64,000 nucleotides of DNA from the NCBI GenBank assembly GCA_029260115.1, contig JAJDDW010000114.1:18504-82503 (forward strand), written 5' to 3'. Shown one piece after another: positions 10,552 through 19,726 of this stretch; positions within the stretch are counted from its first letter, which is position 1; every line of letters begins with the position of its first letter. Origin of the DNA: Phycisphaerae bacterium. GTDB taxonomy: Bacteria > Planctomycetota > Phycisphaerae > UBA1845. The position numbers and the translations under genes are program-made. The notes beneath the pieces were generated by a model. It had not been told where the DNA came from, made no database searches, and saw nothing but the letters and a program-made list of their open reading frames with translations.

Positions 10552-11861
10552 GCTAAGTTGTCACCTTGAAATTGTGGTTCAAAAAAAGCAGGCAACAGCC
10601 CATCCACCCGAAGCAAACCTTGGCGAGACAGATGTAGCTGCTGGCCGGTGACCGTTGCGAAACCTTTGTCGATTAGCGAGTTAACGACGTCTGCATAAAC
10701 ATCCAATACGTCAACATCGAATTTAGCCTGAAAATAAGGGGCGTCGATGCGGCCTAATTTAAGTTGTAATACAAGCTCACGAATCAAAGCTTGGCGCGGT
10801 GTCATTTGCATCGCGCGAGATAGTGGCAGTTCACCGGCTTGTAGCTTGCCGATATAGTCTTCCCATTTGTCGGCGTTTTGATAATGCACACCTTGGAAGT
10901 GAGAAAAGGAGGCTACGCCCATGCCAATCATATCGGCGCCGTGCCATATGGAATCGCGATAAACAAAGCCCGAACCAACCGACGGCTTGACTAGCGTATA
11001 GCCACTGGACACCACATATCCGGCCGCTTCAAAAGCTCGAAAAGCGTAGTCCGTCCAGGCACGCTTGGTGGGCCAATCTGCCACCGGTGAAGCAGTGCCT
11101 GATTGCGTCATTTCATGAGAGATCGTTGTGTTGCGGGGCAGCTCCATTTGATAAATGGTGACGCTGTCCGGGTCGAGTGCGACAGCTTTGCTGACCGTAT
11201 CCTCCCAAGTCTTCGTGGTATCGCCCACCATGCCAGCGATGAGGTCGATGTTAATTTGATCAAATCCAACTTCGCGCGCCCAATCGTAAGCGCGGATAAT
11301 CTCTGGGGATTTATGCGCCCGGCCATTAAGCTCTAACACGTGGTCGTCGAAATGTTCGACGCCTAAACTTAAACGTGTCACGCCGATGGCTTTGATGGTT
11401 TCAAGCTTGCTTTTTTTCAGCGTGCCCGGTTCACATTCAAAAGTTACTTCTTTCGCTTTTTCCCAGTTCCAATATTTTGCGATACGATCGACAAGACGCT
11501 GTAACTGGGCCTCGCTCAAGAACGAGGGAGTTCCGCCGCCAAAGTATACGAATTCAAAGTGACGATCTTTTAGCCCTGCCCGGTCGGCGTACAGGGCGAC
11601 CTCTTGACCAAGGGCGTCGAGATACGTTTCGACTTCGTTGGAATTCTTGTCGGTGTAAACGCGGAAGTAACAAAATTTGCATCGTTTTCTACAAAACGGA
11701 ATATGAATATACAACCCGACGGGCGAGGTATCGGTTAAGGGTTTATCCATAAAGTCATTGGCCTTGGAAATATGCTTAGCCGACCACTCTGAGAACGGTG
11801 GATAGTTAGCGACGAAATAGGTGCCGACTTCAGTTTTATCGTTAAGAATTTCCAAATCCAC
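10548..11861 (-). CDS. HemN-like (class C-type) radical SAM protein
   Basis: LYIHIPFCRKRCKFCYF (CxxxCxxC), YFGGGTPS, RLSLGVE, INIDLIAG. Confidence 0.9.
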   Translation of the reverse strand: MDLEILNDKTEVGTYFVANYPPFSEWSAKHISKANDFMDKPLTDTSPVGLYIHIPFCRKRCKFCYFRVYTDKNSNEVETYLDALGQEVALYADRAGLKDRHFEFVYFGGGTPSFLSEAQLQRLVDRIAKYWNWEKAKEVTFECEPGTLKKSKLETIKAIGVTRLSLGVEHFDDHVLELNGRAHKSPEIIRAYDWAREVGFDQINIDLIAGMVGDTTKTWEDTVSKAVALDPDSVTIYQMELPRNTTISHEMTQSGTASPVADWPTKRAWTDYAFRAFEAAGYVVSSGYTLVKPSVGSGFVYRDSIWHGADMIGMGVASFSHFQGVHYQNADKWEDYIGKLQAGELPLSRAMQMTPRQALIRELVLQLKLGRIDAPYFQAKFDVDVLDVYADVVNSLIDKGFATVTGQQLHLSRQGLLRVDGLLPAFFEPQFQGDNLA

Positions 11862-11971
11862 AGTGTCGGCTCGCTTGGTTCTGTCATTTCGTCAGGGTTA
11901 CCGCCGTCCTGCATCCAATAATGGCCATGGCGCGATTGGCGGACGATTTCGCTTCCTTACATTCCTTAATC

Positions 11972-11999
11972 AGTATAGCGACTTGGCGAAGCGACTCAA
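11972..11999 (-). promoter_or_regulatory. Candidate internal sigma70 promoter (TTGAGT-N16-TATACT) upstream of the radical SAM gene
   Basis: Lies in the 200-bp gap that separates two translationally coupled gene blocks. Confidence 0.45.
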
Positions 12000-12059
12000 T
12001 GTAAAATCTTGTGGACCAACGTATTGGGACGTAGTCGTTACATGCCCCAGATGAGAATC

Positions 12060-13214
12060 TCAGGCGAAGGCCGATGCGTAGATTTCTAGAAGCTCCTCTT
12101 CGCCTACGGGTCGAGGATTAAAGCCTGCAGTCCACTGTTTACCAGCTAGGGCAGCTAAAGCGGGTAGACGGCTGCGATTAACACCGCAATCGTTTAAACG
12201 TGTCGGCAGGCCGCTGTTTGCTAGAAATTTTGATAACTGCTGAGCAAGCAATTCTGGATCATCTACGAGATCTGCGTAGACATTATTTCCTTTAGCACAA
12301 TTATAACGCACCACATGCGGCAGTAACAAACCCACCGCTTGGCCATGGACGATACCACATTGCGATGTCAATGGATTGGCACACGCATGGGCGGCACCTA
12401 ACATGGACTGCTCTATAGCTGCCCCCGCGAGGTGCGCACCTAGCAACATATTCGCCCGCGCTCGATCATCGCCTGGCGATACAATTACAGTTCCATAAGA
12501 CGAGGATAATAACAGCCAAGCCTGTTTAGACAATTCTCGTGACACGTCGTTGCGGCGCGTCGTGCCTGCGGTCTCGACCGCGTGGGCTATGGCATCTATT
12601 CCAGCGGCAGCAGCCACTGCGGCCGGTTGGCTGCTGGTGAGTTGAGGATCGAGAATGGTAAGTCTGGGGCGAAGTCCACCCTCCTTAGGCAAACGACGAT
12701 CTCCGCATACCATCTTTTGTTTAGAATCTACGTCACTAATCAGGGCGAACGATTGGGCTTCGCTACCCGTACCAGCCGTCGTGGGAACAAGTATCGTTGG
12801 CAGCAATGCGTCGGTCGCTTTACCCTCCCCCCAATAATCCGCTATCGTTCGTCCGCCCGTAAGAATCAGGTTGATTCCTTTGGCGCAGTCCATCGCGCTA
12901 CCACCACCCAAACCCACGATGAAGTCTATCGGATGCTGCCGCGCTAATGTCACACCGGCTGCGACGTTATCCGTGGTGGGATTTTCGTGCGTGCCATCGA
13001 AGAGAAAAACATCTACGCCGGCGTCCCGTAAAGATTGTCTTGCCCGATCAGCGTAGCCTGCACGGACTATGCCGGGGTCGGTCACCAATAAGGCACATGT
13101 CGCTCCCTCTTCTCGTGCGCATTGACCTAAATCATCCAGCAATCCATGGCCAAATAGGACGCGCACCGGTGAGTGGGTGAGGATAGCTGGCAGCGTGAAC
13201 GGATCGGAGGTCAT
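12060..13214 (-). CDS. Iron-containing alcohol dehydrogenase
   Basis: GLGGGSAMDCAK, PTTAGTGSE, DAIAHAVE, AHAC and VHG metal-ligand motifs. Start set to ATG 13214 (ATGA overlap with the upstream gene). Confidence 0.92.
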   Translation of the reverse strand: MTSDPFTLPAILTHSPVRVLFGHGLLDDLGQCAREEGATCALLVTDPGIVRAGYADRARQSLRDAGVDVFLFDGTHENPTTDNVAAGVTLARQHPIDFIVGLGGGSAMDCAKGINLILTGGRTIADYWGEGKATDALLPTILVPTTAGTGSEAQSFALISDVDSKQKMVCGDRRLPKEGGLRPRLTILDPQLTSSQPAAVAAAAGIDAIAHAVETAGTTRRNDVSRELSKQAWLLLSSSYGTVIVSPGDDRARANMLLGAHLAGAAIEQSMLGAAHACANPLTSQCGIVHGQAVGLLLPHVVRYNCAKGNNVYADLVDDPELLAQQLSKFLANSGLPTRLNDCGVNRSRLPALAALAGKQWTAGFNPRPVGEEELLEIYASAFA

Positions 13215-14632
13215 GCGGCTGACTCGACTTGGAAAGCCCGCTGACGATAAAGATGCTCGAACAGGTTGCCCTCGTGGGGCTGGTCCCAACTTAGCTGATA
13301 AGTAGGGATCGCGCCGATATTCAATCGATCTATATGAGAACAAGCCATCAAAGTTTTCTTGAATGACTCGTCATGTGTGATGGCTGTGGCAACAAGCGTT
13401 GGGCCTATTGCAGTAGGCATTTGATCGATCGGACACTCAACGACGGAGGCGAACGGAAACAAAAATTCCCGGTTGGAAAGTGGATGATCTCGATCGTCAC
13501 AGTGAATAATCGTCGGTAACAAATAAGCACACTTTCCCAGGTGCGCGAGTCGATCCTGTCCTCGTTGCTTTTGGGTTAGGTCTGTCGCGCCGTCAATGTT
13601 CAAATCGTTATCGATCATGGCAGAAATTTGCGTGGCGACATTTGCATTAGCAAACGCTGCAATCTGAGCGTCTGCATGGTCCGAAGGTAACGCTTGTATA
13701 GCTGAAAGTTTTTTCGCCAGCGCTTCTGCGATCTCTCGCCCATGCCTTGGCGTCCAAACACCGGAAGCATTGATGCAAGATCGGCCTCCATTGGCCGCGA
13801 TGGAGGCCGCGATCATGTCGATATGCTTTTCCCAATCGTCAACCTCATCCTCGCCGAACAATATTTTGCTAAAGCCAGGCCCATGCACTTCGACACGCGG
13901 ATCGTCTTTATACGGCTCGGTCGTAGCGGAACCTCCGAAGAGCATGGAACGATCTACCTGACGAAGTAATTCACTTGCACCAGCATGATCTGTCGGATAA
14001 AAACCGAAAGCTTCCTTGGGGACGCCGGCTTCGATAAACGCTTGAATCATACGGTATGGCGTCCAAGGTTCCTCGCGACCGGGCTTGAGCATGATCGGCG
14101 CTTTGAGTGCGATCGCCGGTGCCCATAATGAATGTACACCGGGCGAGTTGCTTGGCAACACGGCGCCGAATACACGGCCATCTCTGAAGAAACTGAGCGT
14201 GCCACCAGCGCTAGTTCCATGACCAATATCTAGAATGGATAGATCAAAGCCCCGCGTCAGACCGCGAATAACAGTTTCAATATTGCTTAAGATGTTGTAA
14301 ATCTTCGAGGCGTTGTGGCGGCAATATGTGATCGGCATGCCCGTCGTGGCGGAGAGCTGTTTCACATAATCATCGAACGATTGCTTCGAATCGCCAAGCG
14401 GCAGTGAGGCTGTCATGAATAATTCTGCGGCGTGGCGAGACATTTCCATAAGCTCAGCCACGCTAAATCCTTCAAGCACATCGTCGGCTAAGAGACTTTT
14501 GTCGCGACCGATGACGCCGCTGTTTACTTGGCTAACCGAAGCGACTGGCTCTCCGGTGGCATGATGAAGAATATCTACTTTTGTCATGCTCTCGTAAGGT
14601 TGACCGAGTCGCAGTGCGGGGATGTGTAACAT
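13211..14632 (-). CDS. Aldehyde dehydrogenase-superfamily protein, GriD/EhpG-like acyl reductase component
   Basis: VLPSNSPG, LKPG, GGRSCINAS (catalytic Cys), EFLFP. The ELGG motif is replaced by VHGPGFSK. TAATG-coupled to the adenylating enzyme gene. Confidence 0.8.
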   Translation of the reverse strand: MLHIPALRLGQPYESMTKVDILHHATGEPVASVSQVNSGVIGRDKSLLADDVLEGFSVAELMEMSRHAAELFMTASLPLGDSKQSFDDYVKQLSATTGMPITYCRHNASKIYNILSNIETVIRGLTRGFDLSILDIGHGTSAGGTLSFFRDGRVFGAVLPSNSPGVHSLWAPAIALKAPIMLKPGREEPWTPYRMIQAFIEAGVPKEAFGFYPTDHAGASELLRQVDRSMLFGGSATTEPYKDDPRVEVHGPGFSKILFGEDEVDDWEKHIDMIAASIAANGGRSCINASGVWTPRHGREIAEALAKKLSAIQALPSDHADAQIAAFANANVATQISAMIDNDLNIDGATDLTQKQRGQDRLAHLGKCAYLLPTIIHCDDRDHPLSNREFLFPFASVVECPIDQMPTAIGPTLVATAITHDESFKKTLMACSHIDRLNIGAIPTYQLSWDQPHEGNLFEHLYRQRAFQVESAA

Positions 14633-15738
14633 TAATAAACCCCTTCAACAATCGGCGTAGCGAAGCCCGAGAACGGACGTACATCACCAATACCATCCCA
14701 CGCGTAGGCCTCGCATGGCGCATGTCGAATACCTTCGTCGCGTTCTAAAAATCGCGGCATGAAAAATTCTTTGGTTAAAGTCGTAAGACGAGCACGCCCG
14801 GTCTCACCATAATCAACCACGCGGTCGGTTTGATCGGGGTCGACAACCTCAATCATCGCACGCGGCGACGGGGGATAATAGATAACACTATAATTATCAG
14901 CAGGCTCGTACGGCTTATGGCAAGCGAGACCCATCAACGTGTTGCCATATGTCGGGACGAATTCGATCGATCCTTCCAGCAATTCCTCGCGGGCGAAGCG
15001 GTGGAACTGAGCGGTTAATTGCGTACCTCCACAGAATACGCCTTTGATACCCAACTTCTTGAGTGACACCCGCTCGCACAAAGCTTCGAGTAATTTTGGC
15101 GTCGTGAATATGCACTGAATGTTTTTATGCGCGCGGAGCAAAGTCAGCCCTTGGTTGATGGCGTGGTCCTTGTATTCGTGCATTTCTGCCATGCGACCAG
15201 ACTTAATCAGCTTAGTCACCCACCTAGGGTCCAGATCAATGCTAAAGCAAATGCCACCACGAAATTGACACAGATGCTCTACCGCGAGGCGCAACCGGCG
15301 CGGGCCACTAGGACCGAGCATGAGCCAGTCTGCGCCTTTGGGAAAAGCTTCATCGGAAAGCGTACGGCTAAACAGTTCGTAATCGATCTTGAAATCTTCG
15401 ATGTTGATCCGCGCTTTGGGACGCCCCGTACTCCCGCCGGTTTCAAAAACGTAAATCGGCTGGCCGGCACAACCCTTGGGAACCCACCGTCTAATGTCGC
15501 CTTCGCGCAGCCATTCGTCACGAAAATTATCAAACTTCTTCAGATCGTCGTAGACCTGGATTTCTTTTCGCGGATCCCAGCTCAGATTAGCAGCGTAATC
15601 CAGCCAGAATGGGCATCCGGTATCTGGATCAAAGTGCCAGGAGACTGTCTCTCTGGTATGCTCATCCAGGCGTTCTCGCACCTGCTCGATGCGCTGATCC
15701 AAAGATAGTCCTGATGATGTCGTGGAAGATGGTGTCAC
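14632..15738 (-). CDS. Short ANL-superfamily adenylating enzyme, GriC/EhpF-like
   Basis: FETGGSTGRPK P-loop, WHFDPDTGCPFW N-terminus, YGNTLMG, FLERD; only 368 aa, with no full C-terminal subdomain. Confidence 0.75.
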   Translation of the reverse strand: MTPSSTTSSGLSLDQRIEQVRERLDEHTRETVSWHFDPDTGCPFWLDYAANLSWDPRKEIQVYDDLKKFDNFRDEWLREGDIRRWVPKGCAGQPIYVFETGGSTGRPKARINIEDFKIDYELFSRTLSDEAFPKGADWLMLGPSGPRRLRLAVEHLCQFRGGICFSIDLDPRWVTKLIKSGRMAEMHEYKDHAINQGLTLLRAHKNIQCIFTTPKLLEALCERVSLKKLGIKGVFCGGTQLTAQFHRFAREELLEGSIEFVPTYGNTLMGLACHKPYEPADNYSVIYYPPSPRAMIEVVDPDQTDRVVDYGETGRARLTTLTKEFFMPRFLERDEGIRHAPCEAYAWDGIGDVRPFSGFATPIVEGVY

Positions 15739-15828
15739 TGAAAAATTCCTTAACCAATCAAAAACATTACAATAGCCTTATTGGACGCGCTTGGATGCGA
15801 GTAACACATAGCTGCCAACCTACGCAAC

Positions 15829-17355
15829 CTATTTCGATTTCTCGATCGCATACAACGTATTACGATTACTGATATAAAGTACACCATTGGCCACGACAGG
15901 CGTGGTGTACACGGAATTACCTGTATCGTTAACGCCTATTTTTTTCATTTCCTTACCATGTTCCATTACGACAACTTCGCCATCTTCGGTTCCCAGGAAC
16001 ACCTTACCATCTACCACAAATGCTGACCCCCAGATAGCTGACATGGTATCGTATTTCCAATACTGCTTTCCGGTCTTTTCGTCGAAGCAATATAGAAAGC
16101 CGCTAAGATCAGCGTTGTATACCAGGCCATCCGCCACGGTGGCGGAGGACATGGTGCGATGAAAATCGTCGCCTCCGATATGCCACACGAGACCGGTCTG
16201 GGTAATGTCGCCACGTTTGGTGGCATCGATGCTGAAAAAGTGCCCTGGACCTTCACCGTGCTCAGGGTCTTGCCCCACAGCTAAGAGAACTTTGTTATCT
16301 TGGATAACAGGCGTAGCGATGATATTATTTTTCGTGCCACGACCGCCTAGAATCCATTTCGAATCTGCAGGATTCAGATTAAACTTCCAGAGCAATTTGC
16401 CGGTCTTAGCTTCGTAGGAATAACACCATCCATCACCGCCAGAGAAAATTGCCTGGGCGGTCCCATCGATAACGCCATAGGCCGGGGACGACCATTGGCC
16501 ATGCAATACTTTGTCAGCTGGGTGCCCCGCTTCCCACACGATTTTTCCAGTGCGCTTATCTACAGCTAGAAAATCCGGGGCGTCTGGCACGGGCATGTTA
16601 AGGTGTCCTTCGTCCACGCCGTTTGAGGTAGATACGAATATGAGATCACCAGCGCCGACGGGCGAACTTGTCGCTAGGTTATGCGGGAACACTTCTAGAT
16701 CGTCGAACATATCCAAAACCCAGACAATGTCGCCGTCTTGCTTGTCTTTATATTTTTCTTCCTTGAAAGGTCCATCGTTTTCATCATCGAGGAAGCCATT
16801 CAAATCGGCGCACACTAACTCGCAGCGATTACTCACGTAGTATATTCGATCCCCTTCCACCCAAGGTGCAGAACAAATGCCTTGCTCAGGCCAATCGTTC
16901 ACCCTACCGGTCGGCAATTTGTCATGCGTCATCTGCCAGAGAAATTTTCCGGTCTTTTCTTCTACGCAAAGAAGCACACCTTTATCGCCTTTAATGTTCG
17001 GACGAAGGTTACCGTTGTTGTTGGTGCCCACCAATACTTTACCTTGCGCGATAACGGGATTGCCGTAGGTCTGGGAACCAAGCTTAGACTTCCACTTGAT
17101 GTTTAGGCCTGACTTAATATCCCACTTACCTGGAATCCCAGTTTCACCCGAAACCATATTACGATCCGGCGTGCCTCCCCACATGGTCCAATCGCCACGA
17201 TGGGCCTTGGAAAGAGGTTCAGCGTGGGTTGATGTGGCTAGAAGAGATGTGAACAGTATCGCAAGTACCTTAGCGCCAGCGCCGCGCGGGTTGAACCCCG
17301 CGGCTCGATTTTCATGTTGTTTCTTTGTTTGCATTTCGCAATATTTCCTAATCAT
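15829..17355 (-). CDS. Secreted PQQ-binding-like beta-propeller repeat protein
   Basis: Signal peptide, WTMWGGTPDRN, repeated xDxxTGKxxW blades, acidic loop DLNGFLDDENDG. The start may be ATG 17334. Confidence 0.87.
   Translation of the reverse strand: MIRKYCEMQTKKQHENRAAGFNPRGAGAKVLAILFTSLLATSTHAEPLSKAHRGDWTMWGGTPDRNMVSGETGIPGKWDIKSGLNIKWKSKLGSQTYGNPVIAQGKVLVGTNNNGNLRPNIKGDKGVLLCVEEKTGKFLWQMTHDKLPTGRVNDWPEQGICSAPWVEGDRIYYVSNRCELVCADLNGFLDDENDGPFKEEKYKDKQDGDIVWVLDMFDDLEVFPHNLATSSPVGAGDLIFVSTSNGVDEGHLNMPVPDAPDFLAVDKRTGKIVWEAGHPADKVLHGQWSSPAYGVIDGTAQAIFSGGDGWCYSYEAKTGKLLWKFNLNPADSKWILGGRGTKNNIIATPVIQDNKVLLAVGQDPEHGEGPGHFFSIDATKRGDITQTGLVWHIGGDDFHRTMSSATVADGLVYNADLSGFLYCFDEKTGKQYWKYDTMSAIWGSAFVVDGKVFLGTEDGEVVVMEHGKEMKKIGVNDTGNSVYTTPVVANGVLYISNRNTLYAIEKSK
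17282..17307 (+). repeat. REP-like palindrome, copy 4, inside the 5' coding region of the beta-propeller gene
   Basis: CCGCGCGGGTTGAACCCCGCGGCTCG; reads RAAGFNPRG in the protein frame. Confidence 0.7.
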
Positions 17356-19585
17356 TTTTGGTTACTCGATAATTGTCAAAGAAGATCGGCGCTCCCGGTC
17401 GACTGACTGTGGCCCCTTTGGAATAAGCATATAAGCCTGGACTACCCTCTGTGTTGGGAAGTGGGTCGGTCATTTCGATGGTCCAAGAGCCTGGCTCTGC
17501 GCTATCCTTGGGCCATACTTTGCCGCGCACGATGGCTTTCCCGTCACGAATATCAACGCTCAACTTACCCCGATACCACACGTCTGGCTCCATCACAAAA
17601 TCTATGTCTTTTTGTACACGCGGTATTGGAGAATACGTTACCAGCCTAAGCTGTTTATCTCGGCCAAGCATAATCATTTTATACCGGGCGTTAATAATGC
17701 CCATATCCGGAAGCGTAGGCCGCTTGCCCGGCTTTAGCTCACCACGCATATCCACTTCCACCGTATACCCGGTAGGAATCGGCGAAGTAGCGAAGGCCCG
17801 CATACGCATATACTTCGCAGACGGACGCAACGCCATTTTTTGGAACACGACAGATCCATCTTTATCGACCAGCTTTGTCTTAGCATCCACGCCTATCCAT
17901 CCAGGGGGCTGCGTGCCCACCTTCATATCGTCGAAGTTTTCTTCGATCGGAAGACGCGGGCTGACGCGAATGCGAGACTGGGCTTTCAATTTGCCATACG
18001 TCGCCGTGACTATGCCTGCAGAGAAAGCATTGGCCGCGTCGGCACTAAACGAGCCATCACTTTTGATCGAACCACGCGTACCAGCGACCTCCCAAACGAC
18101 ATCCGGTGATGCAATCAATACGCCGTGATTATCATATAGTTGAGCAGCCAATTTCAGCGTCTCGCCCGGATAGAGCGTAGCCTCTGCAGGCACAACTAGT
18201 AGGCTTGAAGGTGTTTTCGTGTCGGCAGGTACTTCAGCCATCATCGATGGAATAGGTAGGGGCATAGCCTTGGCATCTCTACTACCAAGGCAATAGGTCG
18301 CATCATTGTTCATGAAATAGACGCGACCATTGGCCACTGCGGGCGTGCCATTGACCTCGATCACGATCTCATCTTCACGCGTAAATTCCTTGGTAGAAAT
18401 CATTTCGCAATGGTCACCGGCATCTTTAAGAATGTGAAAATGAGCATTCACTTCGCCGTAGTAGATGTAGCCATCCGCCGTCGCCGTGGGAGAGCCTTTC
18501 GCCACCCGCCCCATGCTTTCTGACCAATAGGATTGACCAGTTTTAGCGTCCAAACAGTGCATCGTCGCAGAATTCGTCACGGCATACAAACGACCGTTAG
18601 CCAGTGCCGGAGAGGAGTAACCAACTTGAAGCCCATCCGCCCGCCAGACCTCACCCGTTTCTGTGATGTCACCTTTACCGGAAGCATCAATACACACTAC
18701 CCGGCCCATCACCGTACCAGAAATATTTTCCTCGCTATGGGAGATGTATACGTATTTTCCGTCAGCCACCGCCGAGCTATTTAGGCCGCCTTTGCTGAGT
18801 TTAAATGTCCAGACCTTCTCGCCGGTTCGTGCTTTCATACCATATACGTTGCCGTCAGCGTTACCAGCAACGAGCAATCGCTGGCCATCTACTACCGTAA
18901 CCACTGGCGCGGAGTAGGTGGTATTAAGCGGCTTGTCACCAGGCTGCGCCCACCAAGCGACGTCGCCAGTTCGTTTATCGAACGCATAATAGCGATGTCC
19001 AGCTTTTTTCTTGCCAGTGCCCCACTGTGTAAGAATATACGTGAAGCTAATAATCACGCGGTCTTCATCAATGATCGGCGTTTGCAATCTGCCGCCATAC
19101 CCGCTAGATCGTCCGAAGGTTTCAGTCAATGAATGTTGCCACAAAAGTTTACCATCACGAGATAGGCAAATCATCTGCCCGCCCGTCCCGTGGGCATACA
19201 CGTTGCCGGTTTCGGGATCGCCGACCACAGAGGTCCACCCCAAACGATTCTCCACAATATCGGTGTGGAACACGTTGATGTGATGTTCCCAAATCATTTT
19301 CCCGGTGTCAGCATCAAGACACACGATGCGTTCGTGCAATGTTTCGTTGCCGCCGGCTGGGGCAATCATAAACACGCGACCATCCATCACGATGGGCGTT
19401 GATCGACCGCCGACGGGTGCTTGCCAGAGTACGCCAGAGCCGTCTTCGGGCCAGTCTGTCACCATCGCGTTTTCTAGCGTTGCGCCCATTTGCTGAGGGC
19501 CTCGCCATGATGGCCAATCGTTTGCCTGGGCGAGTGAGCTGCATAAACTCATGATGATCGCGGTTAAGTAGGTTGTGCGTTTCAT
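17348..19585 (-). CDS. Secreted PQQ-like beta-propeller protein with C-terminal Ig-like and probable beta-sandwich (lectin-like) domains
   Basis: Signal peptide, NDWPSWRGP, propeller repeats to about aa 435, then LLVVPAEATLYPGETLKL (Ig-like) and WYRGKLSV...VRGKVWP...FFDNYRV. Confidence 0.85.
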   Translation of the reverse strand: MKRTTYLTAIIMSLCSSLAQANDWPSWRGPQQMGATLENAMVTDWPEDGSGVLWQAPVGGRSTPIVMDGRVFMIAPAGGNETLHERIVCLDADTGKMIWEHHINVFHTDIVENRLGWTSVVGDPETGNVYAHGTGGQMICLSRDGKLLWQHSLTETFGRSSGYGGRLQTPIIDEDRVIISFTYILTQWGTGKKKAGHRYYAFDKRTGDVAWWAQPGDKPLNTTYSAPVVTVVDGQRLLVAGNADGNVYGMKARTGEKVWTFKLSKGGLNSSAVADGKYVYISHSEENISGTVMGRVVCIDASGKGDITETGEVWRADGLQVGYSSPALANGRLYAVTNSATMHCLDAKTGQSYWSESMGRVAKGSPTATADGYIYYGEVNAHFHILKDAGDHCEMISTKEFTREDEIVIEVNGTPAVANGRVYFMNNDATYCLGSRDAKAMPLPIPSMMAEVPADTKTPSSLLVVPAEATLYPGETLKLAAQLYDNHGVLIASPDVVWEVAGTRGSIKSDGSFSADAANAFSAGIVTATYGKLKAQSRIRVSPRLPIEENFDDMKVGTQPPGWIGVDAKTKLVDKDGSVVFQKMALRPSAKYMRMRAFATSPIPTGYTVEVDMRGELKPGKRPTLPDMGIINARYKMIMLGRDKQLRLVTYSPIPRVQKDIDFVMEPDVWYRGKLSVDIRDGKAIVRGKVWPKDSAEPGSWTIEMTDPLPNTEGSPGLYAYSKGATVSRPGAPIFFDNYRVTKND

Positions 19586-19726
19586 GATGATCGTTTTACT
19601 CCCGACAGCTTCGTAGCCGTCTTTGAATTATCCTGACTACTGTCCCTCTACGAGGGCTGATATTTTTCTTTGGTTGGCCAATTAGGTTTCATCGCAATCT
19701 AATACATCACTATTCAATACATATTG

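Noticed and set aside
10548-11861. Calling the radical SAM gene hemN or hemW
   Set aside because: The family-specific motifs differ and the context is not heme-related, so no symbol was assigned.
14632-15738. Phenazine biosynthesis or lux (LuxE/LuxC) bioluminescence locus
   Set aside because: No phz core genes or luxAB/luxD in the window; only the adenylation/reduction module is shared.
17451-18128. 225-aa plus-strand ORF, and similar long antisense ORFs at 15127-15708, 30543-31052 and 31805-32278
   Set aside because: They lie wholly antisense to well-supported genes and show no recognisable motifs; these are shadow ORFs.
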